From: Vezdaea acicularis
Taxonomy: Eukaryota
NCBI GenBank assembly: GCA_026025075.1
Contig: JAPEUI010000004.1
Location: forward strand, 310,001 to 330,530
Direction of reading: 5' to 3'
DNA: 20,530 nucleotides
In this document: piece by piece, positions 10,186-19,246 of the stretch
Layout: the number at the start of each line of letters is the position of its first letter
How positions within the stretch are numbered: position 1 is the stretch's first letter
The notes under the pieces: generated by a model
Told to the model about the DNA's origin: nothing
The model's input: the letters and a program-made list of their open reading frames with translations, nothing else
Databases searched by the model: none
Translations under genes and position numbers: made by a program

Positions 10186-10598
10186 CTCGCGGTGATATGC
10201 GCAAGCAGCGCGTTATCACCCAACAATTGCAGTCTGCCCCTCGCCCGCTTTCTAAGCGCTGGTGGGAATACTCTGCGGCAAAGAGCGCTCGGGGTGGCTC
10301 CGGAGCATGCGGATCCGAAAAATGACCTGAGTCGACCAGCCCTACGAAGTCAACTCTCGATGTTGTTTGGGGTGTTGAGGTTCGAGATGTTCGGGGTCTC
10401 GCGGTGATGTGCGCATGCAGCGCGTTTTTCACCCGTCGATTGCGGTCTGCCCCTCGCCCGCTTTCTAAGAGCTGGTGGGAATACCCTGCGGCGAAGAGCG
10501 CTCGGGAGCAGGGATCGGGCAATGCCGATTCAGCCGCAGGGCCGGAGTCGACCTGCCCTACGAAGTCAACTCTCGATGTTGTTTGGGGTGTTGAGGTT
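10186..10598. repeat. About 200-bp tandem duplication (10186-10382 and 10398-10598) with conserved flanks and a divergent internal segment
   Basis: Both copies start CTCGCGGTGATRTGCGCA, share GTCTGCCCCTCGCCCGCTTTCTAAG and end GCCCTACGAAGTCAACTCTCGATGTTGTTTGGGGTGTTGAGGTT. Confidence 0.9.
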
Positions 10599-10610
10599 GG
10601 GCATGGGGGA

Positions 10611-10689
10611 CTTTGAACGGGACGCTTTGACCGGGACGCTTTGAACGGGACGCTTTGAACGGGACGCTTTGAACGGGACGCTTTGAACG
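10611..10689. repeat. 14-bp minisatellite (CTTTGAACGGGACG), about 5.6 copies
   Basis: Units at 10611, 10625 (one A>C), 10639, 10653, 10667 and a partial unit at 10681. Confidence 0.95.
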
Positions 10690-10771
10690 AAAAACTATAT
10701 ACGAAACACATTGCATGAAAGACTTCCGAATGGAATGTCGAATGCGTCGGGGAGAGCTGGGGCGTGGTGTG

Positions 10772-10910
10772 GAAATGATGGCCGCTCGTCGCGCAGAGCT
10801 AGAGCGGCATCACGAAACTCACACAGCCCCGGCTCTACGAGCGGAGTGGAAGAGGAACCGAAGTGGAAGTGAAATGACAACCGCTCGTCGCGCAGAGCTA
10901 GAGCGGTGTC
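10772..10910. repeat. About 40-bp duplicated hairpin module
   Basis: GAAATGATGGCCGCTCGTCGCGCAGAGCTAGAGCGGCATC (10772-10811) and GAAATGACAACCGCTCGTCGCGCAGAGCTAGAGCGGTGTC (10871-10910). Confidence 0.85.
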
Positions 10911-11159
10911 TGTCATGGATTTCCATACGGCGCTGGCTGTACGGGGGGCTTATCACCAGCTCCTCGAAATTATAGTGATGTGCCAGCCAGTCTTCCAAAC
11001 CCATATGGAGCGAAATGAAATTTTTCGTGTCTGGGTTTGTTGGGGGGGGGGAGTGAGGAGAGGGGGGAGGGGAGAGGGAGAGGGGGGGAAAGGGGGAGAA
11101 GGGGGCTAGGAAGAGGCAGGTGCATGGGGAGAGGTGGGAAGCGGCAGGTGCATGGCGGG

Positions 11160-11290
11160 CTTTGAACAGGATGGCTTTGAACGGGATCGCTTTGAATGGG
11201 ATCCATTTAAACAAGATCGCTTTAGATAAGAGCGCTTTGAACAAGATACTTTGGATCGGATGCTTTAGATCGAATACTTTAAACCAGATC
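11160..11290. repeat. Degenerate 14-15 bp minisatellite, 9 units, related to CTTTGAACGGGACG
   Basis: Units at 11160, 11175, 11190, 11205, 11220, 11235, 11249, 11263 and 11277 (CTTTGAACAGGATGG, CTTTGAACGGGATCG, ... CTTTAAACCAGATC). Confidence 0.85.
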
Positions 11291-11501
11291 ACTCTGCACC
11301 AGCCCAATCTCTTATACTCATCTAAACGAGATAGACTCAAGTCGCCAACTCCATTCCATTCAATTCAGTTCCATTCCATCGAAGTTTTTCCTTTCCTCTG
11401 CACCACCAAAATAAGTTCTGCAGAAGTTTATCATCTAGAGCAAGCAAGTAAAGATGAATGCGAATTAGATAGGTTTTTTTTGGTCTTGTGCGCAAGGCGG
11501 G

Positions 11502-12904
11502 TCAGGCGCTGTAGGAGCTGATGTAGTACTAGAGCCAGAGGCGGGTTAGGTGGGTAGGTTGTAGATGCATGAGAGAAGAGGGAGGAGGGAAGAGGGAAGG
11601 GGAAAGAAGGGGAAAAAGGGTTGACTGACCGTCAAAACAGACTCCTCAGCGTCTTCATCCTCGCCCTCGAGGTAAACATACAGAATCAAGGCTTGCTCAT
11701 GCACGAAACCTATCCCCACAGACATCAGCGCCACCCTCCTCCCCCCCTTAAACCCCCAAAAGAGAAAAGAGAGAAAAGAAAGAGAGAGAAAAAACTCACA
11801 AGCAATAACCCTCCCCCCGAGCCTCCCCACACTGAGCACCCTCCCCCAATCCCGCCCATCAATCCGGACCCGCGCCCACCCGCGCTCTTCCCCGCGCGGC
11901 ACCGCTTTCATCCGCGTACTCGGATGCTCTGCAACGCCTTCTTCGCCACCGACGACTTGTCTGGCGTCAAGTTCCGGGTTCGCGAGGCCGGTCCATGTAC
12001 TCTCGATCTTCAGCGCGTCCGTAGTGACGCCGAGACGCAGGTCCCCGTGCATGTTGGCTGATAGGTCGAGTTTGGGGGTTTGGCCGTAATGCGTGTTAGT
12101 ATTGTTGCTGCCACCGCCGCTGAAGGCAGAGCTACTACCACTACTGCTGGGTAGGGAAAGCTTGGTGAAGCGCTCGGAGATGCTTTTTAGTTGCAGCAGG
12201 GGAGGGAGCAGGATATGTACGTCTGGTTCCCGACAGCGGGGTTCGTGGATGCCCTCGACGCTCGCGGCGGGGAGGACGCGCACGGGGATGTCCTGCGTGA
12301 TGATCGTTTCTCGGTCGCGGGCCCAGGAGTCGTCGATGAGCGGGCTGGGATCGTCCGTGGTTAAGCCTGGGGTGGGGGTTGGTTGGTGTGAAGAGCGCGC
12401 GGTGGCGCTGGTGTGTGTGGCGCTCACGATTGTGAGGGATAGCGTGGGGATGTTGTCCTTCTTTGTGAGGCGGATGGAGGCGGAACTTGCGGTTAGGGCG
12501 GAGCGGAGGGCGCGGGAGAGGGGTTGGAGGGGCAGTTCGAGGTTTATCACGTTGGAGGGGAGGGCGGATTCGAGGAGGTAGGTCGAGGAGAAAGTGTCGA
12601 TTGAAAGGACGCTGCCGCGGGGGAGGAAGTTAGCATAGCTGCGGGTTGGGAAAGGGGGGAGAGGAGAGATATACGCCCACACCTGCGTCCCCTGCTCCGG
12701 AATGATCGTGAAGCGGACAGAAGTGTCATCAAGACGGAGCCACGCCAGACGCCCAAGTGAAGATAGCGAGGCGATGAACTCTATACTCCTCCATCATCCT
12801 ATCAGCGCCCATCCATTGCTCACAACACACTGAACCACGAAAGAGAAGCGAGAGGGTTTACTGTGGAAAGTATGCACGTTCTTGATCTGGCTTTTGAACC
12901 GCAT
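11502..12904 (-). CDS. HUS1: Hus1/Mec3 subunit of the 9-1-1 DNA-damage checkpoint clamp, 355 aa; exons 12904-12862, 12780-12675, 12611-11800, 11709-11630, 11528-11502
   Basis: Spliced product MRFKSQIKNVHTFHKFIASLSSLGRLAWLRLDDTSVRFTIIPEQGTQVWAVLSIDTF...NVINLELPLQPLSRALRSA...IRLTKK...ITQDIPVRVL...EPDVHILLPPL...VIACFVHEQALILYVYL...VLTYYISSYSA* carries hallmark Hus1 motifs. Four GT-AG introns with CTRAY branch points. Exon total is 1068 nt, in frame. Confidence 0.92.
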
Positions 12905-12939
12905 ATTTGAGCGTTTGGTTGGCGGGCGGTGATGTCTGA

Positions 12940-12976
12940 CCGCGTCTGGATGTCGGTGGGGGGAGACGCGACGCGA
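12940..12976. promoter_or_regulatory. Cluster of three ACGCG (MCB-like) cores just upstream of the hus1 ATG
   Basis: CGCGT at 12941-12945 and ACGCGACGCGA at 12966-12976. MBF/MCB control is common for fungal replication and repair genes, but short GC motifs can arise by chance here. Confidence 0.35.
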
Positions 12977-14045
12977 TGAGGGGCAGATGGTGCGGCCCTG
13001 ATCTCACTTACGAAGGAATCCCAGCGCCGTCACCAGCCGAACCACCACCACACAACCAATAAAGCGATTTCCAATAAACCCCTCCCCTTCCACCAACCAT
13101 CCACCAAAAAAGTACGAAATCGAGCCGAGAAATAATTCCATACCCACCCTCACTCACCCTCCCACCATCCAAACAAAGCACCAGACCCAACCCCTCGCAA
13201 CCAGAGCAAGCGAGCAGATCCACCAACCCGTCAAGAGCGCTCGAGGCCAAAGTCCCACCCGCCGGAGACGATGTGGGAGACGCACCAAACAGCTCTCAGG
13301 CTCTAGCGAGGAACACGAGGGAGAAGAGAGGGGAGAGAAGGAGGGGGAGGGCCCGGTGCAAGGAAGTACAGAGATAATGTCAGGACGCGGTACCCATTTC
13401 ATTTTATAATCACTCGCATCCGCAATTCTCATGCACGCGTCTAGCAGGATATGTATGTATCTGCCATGCTCAATTTCTCTACAAACTCTCCCATCCCATC
13501 CAGCCCGTCCACTGCCCAAAGGCCTTTCCTTCCCTCCTACCACCCACTGCTCGAGAGGACATGAGTATAACCCATCCCAACCTACTCGCCACCCATCGAC
13601 CGCCGCAGAAAAAACAAAGTTTGCCGCCTTACAGAGAAAGAGAAACAAAAAAGAAAGAGGGAAAGAAAGCCGCCGCCGCCGCCGCCGAAAAAAAAAGCCC
13701 AGCAAGAATGGTTTTTGTTCTCCGCGCTCCCAGGCCATGCATGTCCAGATCCAGATTCCGTTCCAAGACAAAGGGGAGGTGACGGGGAAAATCCGTCGTG
13801 GAAGTTTGAGTGCGCGTAAGTGTACAATAGGGCCGCCAGCCAGTCAGCCGAGTTGGAGAGAGGGAGAGAGAGAGAGAGGTGTGTGTGAGGGAGCCGATGA
13901 TGCCGTAATAACACATGCGGGGGGAAAAGGAAATTCTGAAAATGCGGGTGTGATGCGGGAAGAAAAGTGGGAGAAAAGGTGGGAGGTGAGTGATTGCAGG
14001 AATTGGGTGTCCAAAGCGTAAGGGGAAGAATTTTTATATGCGTGC

Positions 14046-17000
14046 TCATGCCCATCGTGAGAAATCAAATCTATTGAGACAAATAATATTAGCACGAGAA
14101 TGGATGGGTGAGACGAAGAAAAGAGGAAGTAGGGCACTCACGACTCCAAAACGCCATCACAGTCCGTCGCCGCGGTCCCCGTATCCGTCTCCGTCGCCGT
14201 CGACACCACGCTCGAGCGATGACTGCTCAGACTATCCGTCAGGAACGTCGCCGTGCTGGCCCGCCGATTGAGGCTCTCCCGCTGCACCTGGATGCCGCTG
14301 TCCCTCGACGAGAGCAGGCTATGGTTACCCGTCGAGGTGCTGGCCGTGGGCGCGTGCGAGGGTGTGTTGTAGTGCGACGCCGACGATGGCGCGTGCTTCT
14401 CGCGGAGCTTGACGATCTCGCGGAGGCGGTTGCGCCAGCTGGAGATGTGCTCGCCGCCGTCGCGCGTGGCCCAGACGAGGGAGAAGACCGAGGCGTTCAG
14501 GGCGATTAGGCGCACGAATGCGGGCAGGCTCTTGCCCGAGATGATCTTCGTTTCGGACGCTGGAGAGATCTCGGGGAAGCCGGGCTTGCTCATCACTTGC
14601 ACCTTGTAGAACAGATTGTCGGTCTCCTGGCCTTCGATATGCGTGCGCGTGGCGACGAAAGAAGCGCGGGATTCGGGCGTAACGACGATATTTACATAGT
14701 TGAAGTCGGAGGGAAAGGTGTCAAAGCGGAAGGGCTGGCCGGAATTATTAAAGATGATATTGACAAAGTCGTTGCCTGTGTGGCGCTTCTTGTTGATGCA
14801 TTGAGGATCATGTTCCAGGTTCGTAGGCATCATGGTCGTAATGTGGTAGACAATCTCCGTCACGCGGTCGCGCCAGCAATATGTGAATTGGCCGTCCGTG
14901 TCGTGCTCCCGATCGAGGCCCTGAGTATTGAATCGAGCGCCTTTGAGCCGTGTCAGGGTACCGAGTCTGCCCAGTAGGTCCGTGTAGTCATGGCTACCCA
15001 TCACGTTGGCGAGAATCTCTTGCTCCGTGCTTTGGTTCTCCCCAATGTAAATGACCCCGACCTTGTGGCCGTCGACAGTGGAATTACGATCAAAGGTGCT
15101 GATAGCGCGAGCGGTCATGTCGTCGTCAGGCAACGGTATTGGACGCAACGCTTCAGGCAGGCCGTACGAGGTTGCTGAAATCTGCAGAAAGATATGGCTG
15201 GGCAGCACGGCCACCCGTGAGCTCGCATCTTTCCCTTCGTGCTTCGTATCGGTGGTCGATATGATCTGGTGATGGGGCATGGGCGCCCGCTCTAGCTTGA
15301 AGATGGAATGCGAGGTGCCCGAAGGCTGCCGTTTTGTGATTTGAGAAAGGCCGGTCGCTGCCGCGGTTTCTACCGTCACAATGCTGAGTCCATCGAGCCA
15401 CGACTTCTTCATCACTTCTCCATCGGAGACCGAAGCGAAATAAGGGTCGTGCATCGTCTCGTCTAAGTCCGAGTAGGCAACTCTCTGCATCATGTCGATC
15501 GTCACCTGGCTCTGCTCATCCATACTCTCTCGCCCATTGATATCCGTCGAGATCAAATTCTTCGTGATCCATCCGACGTGCTTTGCTCGATCCACAACTT
15601 TCAGCGACATGAACCAAAATGTCATGACATGATACGCCAGTGCATATACGTATTGCGGAAGCTCATCGGCCGTGACTGGGCTTGGTTTGTGGTCTGTCGG
15701 ACCGTTGTAGTCCTTGGTCGTCCCACCCTGCCGGCCAGATGCGTAACTGGTCCTCGTTGAAGTTGGGCCAGAGCCTTTCGCCCGTTGATCCCTCACATAC
15801 TGAAGATAGCGGAAGCATATGCCAAAGACGGTACGAAAGTCATCCTCTCTGAAGTTGACGTAGATTTCGGGCATCCGTGCAAGCCCAGCGAGGAACTCTA
15901 GCACGTGTACGGCGACATGGGCTTGAGTAATGATCTGCGACATCTTCTGTAGGATAGTGTTCATGGACTTGCTGATGGACAGAGGAACTTCGTGGCAGCA
16001 TATTGTCAGAGCATGTATGCATCGCTTGGCAGTCCGCTCCCAGGATCCAACGCCGTGCATGAAAGTGCGTACGATCTCGTCCTCTTCATTCTTCGAAAAG
16101 TGCCGAGAGTAACTCAACACCATGGTAAGGGTGTGAAACAAGCAGATGGTAACATCCGCTTTCTTCAAACCAGATGAGGGCGGCGGTTCGTGAAAGCTGT
16201 TGCCTTTGATCTGCTCACATATCACACTACGCAGCAGTTGGATCTGCGGTTTCGCTCCTTCGAACAATGAATGATTGGTCAGCTGAGAGCCTAGATGCAC
16301 CAGCACGTGGCTGTAAATCTCCCAGTCGCCTCCTTGTTGTATAATCGAGATGAGCACCTCGAGCCATATGTTCATTGCCAATACGGTCCTTGGCTCTTCT
16401 TCTCGAAGCTTCTCTGCAATCTCAACCGGGCGGTCATCAAACGAGTGCAGCAGGTGACTCGGAGTGGATGGAGGATCTTGAGGAAGTGCATTCTCGTCTG
16501 GGTATTTCCAAAGCGGTATGGAAGATGGCAGGTACTTGTTCTTCCCAGCCATCGAGCGTGTATTCGATCTCGACATGTACGAGTGGGGATGGCCTGCGGA
16601 GGTACTGCGGTTGGACCTGACCGAACTAGCGTCATCAGCCATAGAATGCCGACTGGGTGGAACCTCCTCCGGAACGTCGCGTAAATGTAAGACTTGAGTC
16701 GTCCGATTGAGTGCAGACGCTAGTCCATCACTGTCAAGCGTCGATACGATTATCATCGAGTGGCTGGAGTCGCTCCTGAGCCGGAATAAGAGCTTCATCG
16801 CGCTCAGACGTGCGTCCACCGCGCATGTTTCTGATCTAGCAATCTCCAAGATAATCTCAAAAGCTTTCAATGCTTTCTCTGCCGATTCATTAAAGGCACG
16901 CATGAAGATGTGCACAAACCCGCGAGCCACGACATTATCCAAACTGTTTGTATAATTTGAAATAGTCGCAGATGAACTCGGACGAGACTCGTTCTTCACA

Positions 17001-18970
17001 CTTGACGAAGAGTTGGTCGAGGGCGTGTCAGGAAGGCGTAGTGTGGCTTGGAGAGACTCTACGATCCGAGCAAAGAGCGCCTGGTCTGCATCGTCTCCGA
17101 CTTCCACGGCAAAGTTCACCAGGACTTGAAGGACCTGGATGTCTCGTTCGTGTTGGATATCGTCGAGCACGGCCCAGATGAGCTCGTCCACCGCAGCTGC
17201 GTCATACACGTCCTTGATGGTCTCGTAAACGTCCCGCATAGCGCGAAGCACGAGCAATCTGACGGGCGTATGCCGATTTCGTGTCCTGAAGAATGCATCT
17301 ATGAGGCGGTTTGAGTTGAGGAGCCAGTTCGTGTTGGAAGGATAGCACAGATGCTCTTCGATGTAGTAGTGTATCAGCAGCTCGGCACAAGAATCGGAAA
17401 GACGATTGTGGACGCTGAAGAAGAAGTCTATGATCTTCTCCTTCTCGATGATCTCGAAGCGGTGGAAGAGAGTCTCGATCTTGCCAAAGATCGAGTTCAG
17501 TGAGTCAGTCATCATGTTCCCTATCCTGATTTCTTTCGTGTCTTTTTGGTTCATCAGGTCGGAGTTATCGAGCAAGGTATCCGCACGCCCCGACGCATGC
17601 CGGAGAACGTTCAGTAAGTTTGAGCAGTCTTCCTCCAAAAGAGCGTCCACAATCTCGCCTTCTCCGAGCAAGTTGTCGATTGTGGTGACAATATCGAGCT
17701 CCAGCCGGGCGCTGTCCGCCGCTAGGGCTTTCCTGAAAGATTCGAGAGCGACCTGCAAGGGGACTAAGACGAGACTGTCGGCACCGTTTGCCATGATGAG
17801 CTTCTGGATGATGCTGAGGGCGCCGCGAATGGTATTGGTATTCCGCTCGGCGCTGTTGGACTTCCGGAGCACGTTGAAGAGAGCGTTCAGGGTCAGTTGG
17901 GCGACGTGCGAGCGACAGAGATTGGCAATGGCGTTCCACGTGATGTCAGCCAAGGGTTTCAGCTGGTTGTAGATGCCGCACAACACTTCGATGCAGGGCG
18001 AGAGGATTTCTTGGGGCAGCGTGCCATAGGTGATGATGGCGTCGATCAGCTGGATCGAGTTGCGAATATCCTGCTCGGATGTCGTTCGGCGGCAAACGAC
18101 CAGCACTTCCTCCAGCAATGCACGCACGTCCAATTCGGCAAAGATCTTGTAGTTGTATTTGACCACGTTAATGATGAAATTATACAGTTGCGTCAGGTTC
18201 GTCTCTTCACCCAGCGTGCCGTTCGTCCGGAACAGCTTGTCCTTCTGGGCGGTGCGGGCGGCCACGGAGGCGATGAACCAGGACTTCAGCCATTGGGTCA
18301 GCAGCGGAAGGATGGAGGCCTCGAAGGGATGGATACTACGCCCGTCACTCGTCAGGTCCCTCATCGCGCTGAGCTGGAGATGGAAGTCATCAGGGTTCAA
18401 GGGGGCCGAAAGGGTCTCATAGAAGGCTCGCCGTTGCAGGGGCTTATGGCTCGAATGGTTTACACACGCGGTCAGAAGTTCAAAGCCGGCGCCACGAACG
18501 TCTTGCGAATGCCTCGGATCCAGCAAGTCCTTGCTGGCGGACCAGATGTCCACGATGTTATTCGACGTCAACGGTTCCAAGTTCATCCGCAGGGCCTGCG
18601 CCGCCTCCACCCTCCCCTGCAGCGGTTTCCCCGGCTGCAGCTGCTGCCCATACTGCTGGATATAATCGGGCTGGCGGCCCAGGAAGAGCTCGGGCTCCCC
18701 ATCCCCGAGTCCCACGAGCGTGCCTCTGCTGCGACTCCGCGTGAGGGTGCCATGCGAGCTCGGCGAGAGCGAGCTGGCGGCGGCGGCGTTGACGGGTGCG
18801 GGGTTGCGATGCAGACGGCCGCCGAAGGTGCTCTTGAAGACGCCGGCGATGCCCGAGCTACTCTTCGACTCGGGGGTGTTGGGGGCGTCACCAGACGGGG
18901 GAGACATACGATCCCGCGAGATGATGGGGGACAATGGACGTCGGGAATCTGGAGCACGACGACGATCCAT
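14046..18970 (-). CDS. TSC2: Tuberin (TSC2), Rheb GTPase-activating protein, about 1620 aa; exons 18970-14142 and 14070-14046
   Basis: Long ORF with an N-terminal helical region, a tuberin domain (DWEIYSHVLVHLGSQLTNHSLF, CIHALTICCHEVPLS, LAYHVMTFWFM) and a C-terminal Rap/Ran-GAP domain (HKVGVIYIGENQ, IVYHITTMMP, KKRHTGNDFVNIIFN with the asparagine thumb). First ATG at 18970 (alternative 18907); the ORF-track start at 18979 is TTG. Intron 14141-14071 is GTGAGT..GCTAAT..TAG. Confidence 0.93.
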
Positions 18971-19234
18971 GGTCAGCAAGCTTTCGGATGGACATGTTCA
19001 ACGCAGGTAGATAAGAAGATGATCACAGTTAGGGGGGGGGGCGTGTAGAGGATGTTCGAGGTATGAAGTATGAAGTATGAACTTGTCTGCCTTCACCCAT
19101 GCGCCGGCGGAGAAAGTGACGGTGGAGCAGAGAGAGAGAGGGAGCGCAGGAGCTTCGTAAGGAAAAGGTTTTTTGCAGGGTGAGGCATGCGAGTAGGAGA
19201 GACGAGCAGACGAGCGACGTGAGAGGGTGCAATG

Positions 19235-19246
19235 TTTCGCGCGAAA
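19235..19246. promoter_or_regulatory. Palindromic TTTCGCGCGAAA (SCB-like CGCGAAA on both strands) upstream of TSC2
   Basis: Perfect 12-bp palindrome about 265 bp upstream of the TSC2 ATG, next to an A-tract. Confidence 0.3.

Larger units (their letters stand above)
8150..11290 (+). other. GC-rich, non-coding, hairpin- and repeat-packed element of unknown class (candidate structured RNA or non-autonomous mobile element); boundaries approximate
   Basis: Abrupt GC rise near 8150, near-continuous stem-loops, at least seven internal repeat families, no recognisable protein motif in the overlapping ORFs, and no terminal inverted repeat or target-site duplication found. Confidence 0.55.

Noticed and set aside
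8720..10478. Four GCTGGTGG (E. coli Chi) octamers on the + strand
   Set aside because: Chi is RecBCD-specific, and the copies are explained by the two local duplications.
8259..10711. Long overlapping ORFs on both strands (361, 343, 340 and 293 aa) as real genes or an ambigrammatic narnavirus-like insert; GGDD in ORF 8588-9673
   Set aside because: The translations are low-complexity products of GC-rich repeats, and repeat periods of 88, 37 and 197 bp shift frame. The GDD coincides with a DNA hairpin and lacks recognisable RdRp motifs A and B upstream.
8150..11290. Hammerhead ribozyme / retrozyme
   Set aside because: No CTGANGA...GAAA core found by eye on either strand. ATGATGG..CGAAAC near 10775-10818 does not fit the topology. 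Other ribozyme classes are not excluded.
13008..14055. ORFs between hus1 and TSC2
   Set aside because: They are translations of GA/CT-rich low-complexity UTR or promoter sequence and a (GCC)n run.
17897..19048. 383-aa antisense ORF over TSC2, and similar shadow ORFs over mso1, gyp7 and hus1
   Set aside because: Expected by-products of high-GC codon usage on the opposite strand of real genes.
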